A DNA stretch of 64,000 nucleotides from Amphiscolops sp. MND2022 (Eukaryota): positions 82,214,001 to 82,278,000 of the forward strand of contig OZ076409.1 of the NCBI GenBank assembly GCA_964187785.1, given 5' to 3'. Shown piece by piece: positions 12,097 through 22,200 of this stretch; the stretch's first letter is position 1; each line of letters begins with the position of its first letter. The position numbers were made by a program, and so were the translations under genes. The notes under the pieces are model-generated. The model worked only from the letters and a program-made list of their open reading frames with translations, did not search any database and had not been told where the DNA came from.

Positions 12097-13368
12097 ATGG
12101 AGAACGGATTTGAAGAGATAACACAATCATCCAACTACCAACTTGATAGACCTGAAGTCATTGATAGAACAAAACTTAAATCAGATTATATACCATATCG
12201 ACCAACATCTCTAGTAGCAGTAAATGGAAACAGCCCCTTCAATATTCTAATACCACGAGAAGATGTCTTTGCTGATCTAAGGGATTCATACCTAGAAATT
12301 GAAACTCAAATAGTTAAAAGTGCAGATGATACGTTATACGCAGACAACGATGCTATCCAACCAAACAACTTGTTTGGAATAAGTTTATTCAGAGAAATGA
12401 GTTTATCATCATTTGGCTCTAAAAAATTAGAGACCGTCGACCATGTCTATCTTGCTAGCCTAATGTACAAACTTCTATCTGACAATGAAGAAGATATGAT
12501 GATAATCTATAAAAAGGAAACAACAATCGATAACATTAAAAGAAACAGAATGCTTAATGATAATGATGAAAAAGGAACGATCTTCACCAGAGTTTACCTT
12601 AAAGATGTGTTCGGATTCATAAGACATCTGGATAAAATAAATTTTGGTTTAGGTTATACTCTCACTATGAAGCGAGCTAACAGTGGAAACAGCATCTATC
12701 GAACTATTGGTGATGAAGCTAAAGTTGAAATTAAAGATATCGTCTGGTATGTGAGACATGATACACCATCGTTTGATAATATCGCTCTTGTGAACGAGCA
12801 TATACTATCGAAGAAGAACACTGAGTACTCATATGTTTCAAGAATGATTAGCTACAAACCTGTGAATTCAAACAACAACTGGACGATGGAGATTGGAACT
12901 GAAACGGGAACCGACGTACCTATTTATGTTATAGTTGGATTTCAAACAGCTGCGAGAGCAGGACCGGACCAGACTCAGAATAATGCTATATTTGATAGAC
13001 TTGATGTCATTGAAGCTTCATGTAATGTAGGTACTGTGAGATACCCCGATCATGAGTTCCAAGTGGATTTTAACAGAAATAAATATAATGAACCCTATAA
13101 TGAAATTAGACGATTTTATAAAGATTACATCAAAGGAGAGGGTGCTCCGTATATAACTTTTAAAGATTTTAAGGTGCTGTATAATCTGTGGGTTTTTGAT
13201 CTCAGAGCTCAGAAAGATAACCCCTCTGCTCAACCAATAAGGGTCAATTTCAAATTTAGAGCAGGTTTCGACCATACAGCTAATAATTATCAAGCAGTTG
13301 CATTAGTTCTTACTCAGAAACTAATTTCAGTATCATCAGATGGAGCCCGCCAATTCGATATCATGTAA
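12097..13368 (+). CDS. Major capsid protein (double jelly-roll)
   Basis: 423 aa, beta-rich. LKDVFGF, PIYVIVGFQT, N.AIFD, RYP, LWVFDL motifs. Sits between mCP and protease. Confidence 0.85.
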   Translation: MENGFEEITQSSNYQLDRPEVIDRTKLKSDYIPYRPTSLVAVNGNSPFNILIPREDVFADLRDSYLEIETQIVKSADDTLYADNDAIQPNNLFGISLFREMSLSSFGSKKLETVDHVYLASLMYKLLSDNEEDMMIIYKKETTIDNIKRNRMLNDNDEKGTIFTRVYLKDVFGFIRHLDKINFGLGYTLTMKRANSGNSIYRTIGDEAKVEIKDIVWYVRHDTPSFDNIALVNEHILSKKNTEYSYVSRMISYKPVNSNNNWTMEIGTETGTDVPIYVIVGFQTAARAGPDQTQNNAIFDRLDVIEASCNVGTVRYPDHEFQVDFNRNKYNEPYNEIRRFYKDYIKGEGAPYITFKDFKVLYNLWVFDLRAQKDNPSAQPIRVNFKFRAGFDHTANNYQAVALVLTQKLISVSSDGARQFDIM

Positions 13369-13396
13369 TAGCCACACTCTCTCTTATAATATATAA

Positions 13397-13819
13397 ATGA
13401 GTAATCTCAATACTTTTATGACAAAACACAATCTAAAAAATGAGACGACAAGTTCAAAAAAAATATTAGAAGTCGCTAATAAAATAGGTCTAAAAGATTT
13501 TAACATTTACATTCGCACCGATAAGATCACAACCAATCAAGGTGTAATAAACTTAACAGATGATTATTCAAGAGGCACTCATTGGGTTAGTTTCAAAGGC
13601 TACTATTATTTCGATAGTTTCTGTACAGAACCTCCAACAGAGATCTCGAACCAACTCACAGAACGTCATCCCCAAAACTTCTGCGAATGCTTTATCTCAT
13701 CACACCCCATTCAACAAATAACGGATAGCAATTGCGCCAGCTACTGCCTCTTTTTCCTCTACTTAATGCAAGATAATAGTTTTTATAGATCAATTATGAA
13801 GATATTAAATGACAGATAA
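13397..13819 (+). CDS. Adenain-like cysteine maturation protease
   Basis: Catalytic set GTHWV (His), YFDSF (Asp), IQ, SNCASYCL (Cys). Confidence 0.88.
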   Translation: MSNLNTFMTKHNLKNETTSSKKILEVANKIGLKDFNIYIRTDKITTNQGVINLTDDYSRGTHWVSFKGYYYFDSFCTEPPTEISNQLTERHPQNFCECFISSHPIQQITDSNCASYCLFFLYLMQDNSFYRSIMKILNDR

Positions 13820-15188
13820 ATTCGGAAGAGCAATTTCTAACACCTCAACAAGTGCTTCAAATGTAACCAGAGGCTACATTCGAGCAAATTACATCGAGTC
13901 AAACCTTGAGGAAGATATTGACATGAAAAATCAATTTAAAATATTAAATCTCCCAAATCCAACACTTCTTCAAGATCCTACAACAAAATACTATGTAGAC
14001 AATAAAACGGTTGACTTAGTCCCCAATAGTGAATTTGACAATACAACAATTGTGAGAACAAATAAAAATCATAATTTCAATGGAAACACAATTACAGGTT
14101 GCGAAAGTGTTTATGTGAATAGAGATCCACAATATGATTTAGAACTATCAACTAAACGATATACTGATACTTTGATAGATGAAAGTTCTATAGTTAGGAC
14201 CAACAAAGATATCATCTTTAATAAATCAATTTCTCTAAATACAGATCCTACTAAACAATTTAATGACTATGAAATTGATAATATAGTGCCCAAATCTGTT
14301 ATCAATGAATTTGTAACAACAAGTATTGATGAATTTTCTCTATTACGGTTACATCAAGATGAAAAATTAGATCATTCTGACTATATTACATTAGAAAGTA
14401 ATTTAACTGTCCCTAAAACCATTGTATATATCCCTTTAAATAACAATCTAGCTAGAACAGATAGAGATAATGATTTTAATAACCACATAATTACAAATGT
14501 GGGTGACCCCATAAATGACAGTGATGCAGTAAATAAAAGGTATGTCGATAGTGGATTGAAACAGGATGGTATAGTATCAGAGACATCTGATGTTGTTTCC
14601 ATAATCGTCAATACAACAAATGGAGAATTGTCTTTCCCACTTGTTACAAAACAATATGTTGATAGATTTGTATATAATGTACTTCTAACGATGCTAGAAT
14701 TCACAAATAATACTGGAACTGATCTCTGGATAGACTGTGCTCTAGAAGTTGGAGCCGGAATGAGTTCTCTGGCTGGTTTCTTCAAAGCATCTGATTCTAT
14801 AACTCCATCAACTGGAACGGGTCCTGAAACACTCCCCCCGATTGGTAGTTATTATGCCTATATTGAAGCGTCGACTCCAAATAATGGTGTTGATAAGTAT
14901 GCTCATATTACATATAATAAACATAAAAACATTACAAAGGTTAAATTTTGGTATCACAGAAATGGTATTAATATGTGTCGATTTAGATTACAATATCAAA
15001 CTTTAGATGATCAATGGAAAGATAAAATCACCTTCCCTGCTAAAGAACAAAGTGATGGGTGGGAATTATTGGAAGAAACGATTTCAGAAGACAACAAAGG
15101 GATAAGATTCTATTTTGATGAAATTTTAGGTTATGAATCAGACATGGCTTTTTCTAACATTACCATATCCTATCATTCTCCTAAGTAA
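13809..15188 (+). CDS. Fibre/spike-like protein with C-terminal MAM-like domain
   Basis: Repeats DPTTKYYVD, ELSTKRYTD, DAVNKRYVD, LVTKQYVD. C-terminal TPSTGTGP...GSYYAYIEAS...FWYH..G...W...DMAFSNITI. Confidence 0.65.
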   Translation: MTDKFGRAISNTSTSASNVTRGYIRANYIESNLEEDIDMKNQFKILNLPNPTLLQDPTTKYYVDNKTVDLVPNSEFDNTTIVRTNKNHNFNGNTITGCESVYVNRDPQYDLELSTKRYTDTLIDESSIVRTNKDIIFNKSISLNTDPTKQFNDYEIDNIVPKSVINEFVTTSIDEFSLLRLHQDEKLDHSDYITLESNLTVPKTIVYIPLNNNLARTDRDNDFNNHIITNVGDPINDSDAVNKRYVDSGLKQDGIVSETSDVVSIIVNTTNGELSFPLVTKQYVDRFVYNVLLTMLEFTNNTGTDLWIDCALEVGAGMSSLAGFFKASDSITPSTGTGPETLPPIGSYYAYIEASTPNNGVDKYAHITYNKHKNITKVKFWYHRNGINMCRFRLQYQTLDDQWKDKITFPAKEQSDGWELLEETISEDNKGIRFYFDEILGYESDMAFSNITISYHSPK

Positions 15189-15419
15189 ATGAATTGGTTG
15201 GAGAAACAGATATTTTCAATTAAAGACGTTAAAAAAATTATTTTACTCACTATTTTTTTAGCAAATCCCAATCTAGTTGAAGAATGTGGGTTAGGAAGAA
15301 GTCAAATAAAATCATTACAAGATAGAATATTGGAGTCATTAACCAAAACAATTGATGAATTTTATGAAGAACAGAAAAATGAGGAGGAATCAATCCTTGA
15401 ATTATTCTATAATAAATAA
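15189..15419 (+). CDS. Small helical hypothetical protein
   Basis: TAAATG start abutting the previous stop. Pattern similar to the next ORF. Confidence 0.55.
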   Translation: MNWLEKQIFSIKDVKKIILLTIFLANPNLVEECGLGRSQIKSLQDRILESLTKTIDEFYEEQKNEEESILELFYNK

Positions 15420-15628
15420 TGGAAAAATATTTTTTAACATTATTTGAAGACGTTCGATATGAGAGAACATTAATTTTGATCTTGAGTTTAACAGATGAAG
15501 GTGTATTGAACCAGGCTGGATTTACAGAAAATGAAATAAAAATAATCAAAGATATCGCTCTACAGAAAGTTCACAGACAGAGGTCATTAAAAGAATATAA
15601 GGCTATAGAATTTTTAGATAATAAATGA
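15419..15628 (+). CDS. Small helical hypothetical protein (probable paralogue of 15189-15419)
   Basis: TAATG stop/start overlap. Shared hydrophobic stretch, Gly, then IKx(I/L)xD. Confidence 0.55.
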   Translation: MEKYFLTLFEDVRYERTLILILSLTDEGVLNQAGFTENEIKIIKDIALQKVHRQRSLKEYKAIEFLDNK

Positions 15629-16233
15629 CAGAACCTGCATACCCCTCTCTATTGAAAGTAAAAACTAAAGGTGATGAAATTGAAGACTTGAAATACAGAA
15701 CTGAAAAACATGATTATGAAAATATTCTCAAAAGTCTTGAAATTGATAACGACTACTATAAAAAGAAATATAAATCTGTAAATAAAAAGAAGATCTACAT
15801 TTCCATACTAGAGATTCTAGCGGAAGCGAGTGGAGTAGTTGTTGGGAGTACCCTAACAGCAACTGGTGTTGGAACTCAGATTGGAGTTCCAGTTGCGGGG
15901 GTATCTAGTTTTGCGATATCGGTGGCTGTTCTCTTTACGAATGAATATTTCTCGAGATTAAAATTACGTTATCAGAAATTAAGAGATCATATTAATATGA
16001 TTAAACTTTTATATGAAAAAACTCTCAAGAAGTCTCTAGTAGATAAAAAGATCGATGAAAAGGAAAGTGAAGAACTGAAAAGTATCTATAACCATTATAT
16101 AACTAAGAGAAAAGAAATTATGGAAAATACTAAATTTACGGTCGAGGATATTTTTGGTAGGTTAGATCTGTCAGAGAATATATCTGCAGAACAGATACGA
16201 ACGTTGAATGCTTTTTTAGCAAAAATGATGTGA
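15625..16233 (+). CDS. Coiled-coil protein with Gly-rich hydrophobic hairpin (candidate membrane-active protein)
   Basis: ASGVVVGSTLTATGVGTQIGVPVAGVSSFAISVAVLF between Lys-rich helices. N-terminal YPSL. Confidence 0.65.
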   Translation: MTEPAYPSLLKVKTKGDEIEDLKYRTEKHDYENILKSLEIDNDYYKKKYKSVNKKKIYISILEILAEASGVVVGSTLTATGVGTQIGVPVAGVSSFAISVAVLFTNEYFSRLKLRYQKLRDHINMIKLLYEKTLKKSLVDKKIDEKESEELKSIYNHYITKRKEIMENTKFTVEDIFGRLDLSENISAEQIRTLNAFLAKMM

Positions 16234-16444
16234 AGATAAAGATTATCTTCAAACATTTCGAACCTTCAGCTCCTCCCCCTACCTATGAAGAAAGTTTTTG
16301 TTAGGTGGGAGACATTACAGTGAAATAAAAAATTCAACTAGATCTTTGAAAATCAATCCTAAAACTGGAAAAATCGTTATAATCATTAAAGGAATCTGTG
16401 AAATCTGTGGAAGAAATAAAAGTCAATTTCTCTCATTTAAATGA
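16230..16444 (+). pseudogene. Small Zn-ribbon protein with PSAP/PPxY motifs (no ATG; 1-bp frameshift near 16301)
   Basis: VKIKIIFKHFEPSAPPPTYEESFC, then in another frame LGGRHYSE...KGICEICGRNKSQFLSFK*. Confidence 0.5.
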
Positions 16445-16874
16445 CGCGTGGTACTAAGTTTTTAAACAATTCAAAATGTAACTGTGGGAGGCATGATAGA
16501 ACTGTTAGACCTTATGGTCATATCACACAAGGTGGAGCTCTATCCCTTCGTGGGTATTGTCGATCATGTAATGGAAAGAAAAGTCTACCCTATACACAAG
16601 AACAACTAGAACTTGAGGGGGAAGGTATAAAGAAGTTTTTTAAAAATGTGTGGAACAGGGTTTGAAGCCATTAGGTAAGGATGTTGGAGCAAAAATATTG
16701 AGAGATCCTATAAAAGCATTTCAAGTAGCATCTCAGGTTGGATCAGCAGTTTCATCACGCAATCCTCAGGCTATTATGAATGCAGGATTGCAAGCGGGTC
16801 GATTTGTGAGCGGTAAAGGTGTTAAAATTGCTGATTTAACTAATGGAGGATCTCTCTATCTCTATAGGAAATAA
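16441..16874 (+). pseudogene. Zn-ribbon plus amphipathic-helix protein split by a 1-bp frameshift near 16660
   Basis: CNCGRH...GYCRSCNGKKS, then LEGEG/IKKFFKNVWNRV joining LKPLGKDVGAKIL in the overlapping ORF. Confidence 0.6.
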
Positions 16875-16897
16875 TTCAATATAACCATCCAAAGTAA

Positions 16898-17494
16898 ATG
16901 AGTACTTCGATTAAAGACCTACTTGATTATAATCTAGTTAAAAAATGTAATAAATGTGGATTTATCAAAGTAATCTCAAACTTCGATTTCAGAACGGATA
17001 TTCAAAAATATAGAAACTCTTGTAAACCCTGTGTATACAAGCAACGGAAAGAACGGGAGAGTAACAACATTGAAATAATAAAAGAGAAGAGGCGGATTTA
17101 TATAAATGAGCGTTTGAAAACTGATGTAAACTTCAGATTAATCAAAAACACTAGAGAGAGAATTCGCAAAGCTCTTAGAGGTGGATCTAAATCAACATCA
17201 TCTAGAGAAATCTTAGGATTTGATATCGAAAGTTATAAAAAATGGATTGAATTTCAAATGACCCCTGAAATGAATTGGAGTAATATCCAGATAGATCATA
17301 TCAAACCAATTTCATCATTTGATGTTTCGAAAGAAGATGAACACTTAGAAGCTTTTAATTGGCGTAACACTCAACCTCTTTTAAAAGAAGACAACCTTAG
17401 AAAAGGCACTAAATATAATGAACTAGATTCTCAATTAGAATTCACCAAAGCTGATGAATTTCTAAAGTTAAATGGTGAAACAGTCTCTGATTGA
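16898..17494 (+). CDS. Zn-finger plus HNH-like endonuclease (paralogue 2)
   Basis: CNKC...CKPC and QIDHIKPISSF...NTQPLLKEDNLRKG. Aligns by eye with 9782-10345. Confidence 0.7.
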   Translation: MSTSIKDLLDYNLVKKCNKCGFIKVISNFDFRTDIQKYRNSCKPCVYKQRKERESNNIEIIKEKRRIYINERLKTDVNFRLIKNTRERIRKALRGGSKSTSSREILGFDIESYKKWIEFQMTPEMNWSNIQIDHIKPISSFDVSKEDEHLEAFNWRNTQPLLKEDNLRKGTKYNELDSQLEFTKADEFLKLNGETVSD

Positions 17495-18323
17495 CACCTT
17501 CATAAATGAGATCTATTTCAGACCTCCAAAGAAAAATTATTCAACAAACAAAACCATTGTGAAACACATTGATGATACTTGGAGTATGGATCTACTAGAC
17601 ATGATTGATTATGGAGTTAAAAACAACAAAGGTTATCGATACATCTTAGTAGTTATAGACAACTTTAGTAAATTTGGATGGGTAGTGCCATTAAAAAATA
17701 AATTCGCTCAAACGATAACTGATGAAGTTTCAAACCTTATAAACGAATCAAAGAGAAAACCGAATTTAATAGAAACAGATGATGGGAAAGAATTCGTTAA
17801 TAAAACCTTTAATGATTTTCTAAAACTTAATGATATTAAAAGATATAGTCGTTATACTAATAAAGGAGCAGTTTTTGCAGAAAGGTTTAATAGAACAATT
17901 AGAAACTTATTGAAAAAACCTGTTTTTGAGAAAGGTAATGCTAATTGGTTAGATGAACTTTCATTAGTTATAAAGAAATATAATAACACCATTCATCATT
18001 CAACAAAAATGACCCCAATAGATGCTTCAAAAAGAAAAAATGAAGAGGAAATATATAATAATCTAGTGGACAAAAGAAAGAAACGAAAACCAAAATACAA
18101 AGTAGGAGACTTTGTCAGAACAGCAGACAAAAGAAGTATTTTCTCTAAGGGTGATTCAACAAATTGGAGTTATAAACTTTACAAAATTACTGAAGTTATT
18201 GATGATAACATACCAAGCTATCATATTGATTTTTTACCTGAACGCTATAACGAAGCTTTATTGAAGAAGAGTAGATTAACGTTAGAAGAAAATGGAACTG
18301 TAATTAAAAAACTGAAAATTTAA
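17472..18323 (+). CDS. Retroviral-like (rve) DDE integrase, Polinton type
   Basis: WSMDLLDM, LVVIDNFSKF, ETDDGKEF, AERFNRT, YNNTIH, YKVGDFVR. No C-terminal chromodomain visible. Confidence 0.93.
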   Translation: MVKQSLIDTFINEIYFRPPKKNYSTNKTIVKHIDDTWSMDLLDMIDYGVKNNKGYRYILVVIDNFSKFGWVVPLKNKFAQTITDEVSNLINESKRKPNLIETDDGKEFVNKTFNDFLKLNDIKRYSRYTNKGAVFAERFNRTIRNLLKKPVFEKGNANWLDELSLVIKKYNNTIHHSTKMTPIDASKRKNEEEIYNNLVDKRKKRKPKYKVGDFVRTADKRSIFSKGDSTNWSYKLYKITEVIDDNIPSYHIDFLPERYNEALLKKSRLTLEENGTVIKKLKI

Positions 18324-18557
18324 TTCAAGTAAATAATATATAATAAATGAAGTATATAAATAATAAATTTTATACTGAGGTTAATAATTCAAAGTATATT
18401 ATCAATGATGATAAAATTTTGAGAGAAACATCTCCCCCAAAATCATTGAGAACAAAATATGAAGCCATGTATGGTGTTAAAGTAGATAAAAAAATAAAAC
18501 TATTATTGAATTAGATGATGGATCTCTTCAAATTATTGAATTAAAAAAAGTAAATAA

Positions 18558-19071
18558 ATGAATCTTAGTATGTGTATGAGATGTAATAGAAATGCTCTAA
18601 TAGAATATGTGTATGAATTCACATGTTTGGTGTGTGAATTTAATGTTATAAAACCAAAAAACCAGTTAACAAAAGTTCAAAGAAAAAAAAATCAACTTTA
18701 AAGGGAGGTTAGCATATGCAACCCCGAAAATAATAGCTATATGTATTGAAATTGATTCAATAGTAGAAACCAATGATATAGACGTTCTCGCAGCTGTCCT
18801 GACATACCTTAAACAGAAGAGATTAAATATTATAGAGGAGATCTTGAAGAAGTTTGATGATATGCCAGATGATTTTGAAAAAAATCCCTTCGCAGCATCT
18901 GAAGGAATTCATAAAGCTGGAGATTATGCTATTAGGATGATGAAGTGGTTGATCTCAGCTAGGTATTATGAAAACATTAACTATTATGACTTGGTAGCAA
19001 CTGCTTTAAGATATATGAAGGGGGAACAGCTCTTTGTGACAAAAGAAGTTTTCTTGCTTATAAATGAGTGA
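18558..19071 (+). pseudogene. Zn-ribbon hypothetical protein, frameshifted in an A9 run (18683-18691)
   Basis: MNLSMCMRC...FTCLVC. Removing one A joins it in frame to the 18844-19071 ORF. Confidence 0.55.
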
Positions 19072-19237
19072 TAGTGAAGGTGAAACAATTTATCCTGAAA
19101 GTGAGGTTTCTGAGGATGAATCTCTACATAGTTCAGATGAAGACTTTATCGATGATTCGGAGAGCGAAGATGAAGACTATGTCCCCCCAAAACGGAAGCG
19201 GAGAAATATAGAAATTATTATAAAAATAGAAAAATGA
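19064..19237 (+). CDS. 57-aa acidic Ser-rich peptide with NLS
   Basis: MSDSEGETIYPESEVSEDESLHSSDEDFIDDSESEDEDYVPPKRKRRNIEIIIKIEK. TAAATG start. Confidence 0.55.
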   Translation: MSDSEGETIYPESEVSEDESLHSSDEDFIDDSESEDEDYVPPKRKRRNIEIIIKIEK

Positions 19238-19269
19238 AAAAAACAATTGAATAAAACTTTATATAGTAA

Positions 19270-22200
19270 ATGGACACAACACATTATATGAAATATTGTG
19301 AAGCTTGTGATAAACAAGTTCACACATCATCGTTTGCAAAGCATCTGAAGTCTAAACTTCATTTACAGAAAAATGGGGGTATAATCCCACAAGAACCAGA
19401 AGAACTACCAGCAGTGGTAGAAAAACGACAACCTCGAGCTCGATCTATCCCAACACTAAAACAATTAGCGAGAGCTAAAGTCAAACTCTCAGAAAAAGAG
19501 TTGGCAAAACATATGATAAATCCATACTACTTCTCTAAAAGATATGAACCTCAATATGATGTTAACCTTGATCAACACCACCCAAAACACTTAAATAGTA
19601 AAATAACTGTCAAACCTAAATATGATCTCCCTATTGAATTGCTCGATCTGAATAATATCTTCAAAGAAATGTCAACAAAATATGCTAGGTTAATTGAGCA
19701 AAACAAATTCAAATATCAAGTTGTCTTCTCAGTTATTTTCGATAAGGAGACTCAAGAAGAGTTAGAACAGTATGTTAGTTTGGTGGTCAATCAGAGTTTA
19801 ACTTGGAGTGATATTGAAAAATATGATCTAGAAGAAAAAACAAATGCACTGATTGAAAATCTGGAGATGAAAGATAGTGGTTGGAGATTCTGTAAAATTA
19901 CATCGATGACCATATACTTTTATAAAACTGTTGAACTGAATGGTAGCAGTTATGTTAAAATACCTCTTAGAAGCGCTGCTATTTTAAACATTGAAAATGA
20001 TGATAAGTACTGTTTTCTATGGAGCATCTTAGCTCACCTTCATCCTTGTGAGAATTCTCACCCTAATAGGGTTTCAAACTATCGAGAATATTTTGGAGAA
20101 TTGAATACAGATGGATTGGAATTCCCTTTTAAAACATCAGATGTTTCTAAATTTGAAAAGATGAATAATCTAGCTATTAATATATTTGAGTTACAGTTCT
20201 ATCAAGAGGGGATAAAGTGGAAACATAAATTGGTCCCTATTGAGGTTAGTGAGAACAATTCAGAAACAGTGATTGATTTGGTGATATATAAAAATCACTA
20301 TGCCCTTATTAAAAAACTTCATGTATTCTTAGGAAGCAAGAACGCTAAATTTGTTTGTCGTCGATGTCTAACTTGCTTTAAAAGTGAAAACGTTTTGGTG
20401 AAACATACCGAAAGATGTAAGCAACAAGATATCACAGCTATCAGAATTAGCAAGGATAGTCATTTAATGTGGAAGAAGCACTTTCATAAGATCCCACTAT
20501 ATTTCAGGATCTATGGTGATTTCGAATGTAATAATAAAAGAGAAGATTCTAACATAGGTAATAAAACCACAAACATTTTCAGACAAAATCCAATGTGTAA
20601 TGGATTTTATATAGTATCTGAGATGGATAATGTTCTACAGTCTGGATGGCATCTCTCGCCCTTTGGAGAGGGTAATGTTGAATGGTTTGTTAATGAAGTC
20701 ATAAAGATTGAGAATAAGATGAATTTCTATTTTAAGAATACAAAGAAAGAGATTGTGATGACTCAAGAAGATGAGGAAGATTTCAAGAATAGTACTCATT
20801 GTTGGTTCTGTGAACTTCCTTTAGATGGGAGAGCTGTCAGAGATCATTGTCATCTGACTGGTAGGTATCGAGGGGCTGCACATGAAAAGTGTAATATAAA
20901 TGTGAAACAGAAACAGAGTAATTTCATACCATTCATGTTTCACAACTTCAGTAACTATGATTGTCACTTGTTCTTTAAAACATTGATTGATAAAAAATCA
21001 GATAATGTTCCCCCTCATGTCATACCCAAGACAAATCAAATGAGGAATATATCACTTTCATATGGTTGTATTAGATTTATAGATTCATATAGATTTTTAT
21101 CAAGTAGTTTAGATGGGTTGGTTAAAACAGTTGATGAGCTGACAATTCTGAGGAGAGAGTTTCCTGATAATTGGGAGCTGTTGAGTAAGAAGTTGGCGTA
21201 CCCCTATGAATATTTTAAATCTCTTGATGATTATGATTTACCAATTTCGAATCTTGTAAGAGATGATTATTTCAGTAAATTGAAAAATGGATAACCTCAA
21301 GATAGTGAGATTCAGAGAACAAATGAGATCATTCAAACTTTTAAGATTAAAACTGGAAAGGAGTTGACTGAGTTGTATTTGAAAACTGATGTTGTTTTGT
21401 TAGCAGATGTGTTTGAGAAGTTCATAAAGGTATCATTAAACGAATTTAAAATCAATCCGTTTTATTGTGTTAGTCTTCCTGGATATACTTGGGAATGTGG
21501 ATTGAAATATACTGGGATTAATTTGCAAACACTTCAAGACAAAGATATGATCTTACTGTTAGAGAATAATATTAGAGGTGGGATTTCATCTGTTATGGGG
21601 GATAGATATGTTAAATCAGATGAAAACAAAAAGATTTTATATATTGATGCTAATAATCTATATGGGTGGGCGATGAGTCAGTATTTACCATATGATGATA
21701 TAAAATTTGATGGTGATGTTAAGTTGGAAGATATATTAGATACACCTGATGATAGTGAGGTTGGGTATTTTGTTGAAGTTGATTTGAAATATCCTGAAGA
21801 GATAAGAGAGAAGACTGTGAACTTCCCATTCTGTCCAGACAATAAGTTTTCACCTCAAGATAAGTTTACTGAGTATATGAAAAAAATGAAGCAGGATAGT
21901 TATGCTAAATGTAAAAAGTTAATATGTGATTGGACTGATAAGAAAAAGTATCTGATACATTATCGAATGTTGAAGTTTTATGTGAGACATGGTATGATTG
22001 TTGAGAAAGTTCATGAAGTAATTTCTTTTAAGCAGAGCAAGTGGTTGGAGAAGTACATTGATTTCAATACTCAGAAAAGAAATAGGACGAAAAATGATTT
22101 TGAGAAAGATTTTTACAAACTATTAAACAATGCGTTCTATGGAAAGACAATGGAGAATGTGCGAAATAGGAGTAAGATCGAGTTCATTAAAAAAGATGAA

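Noticed and set aside
21292..21294. Programmed readthrough in polB
   Set aside because: TAA is a poor readthrough codon. A point mutation or sequencing error from a Tyr codon is simpler.
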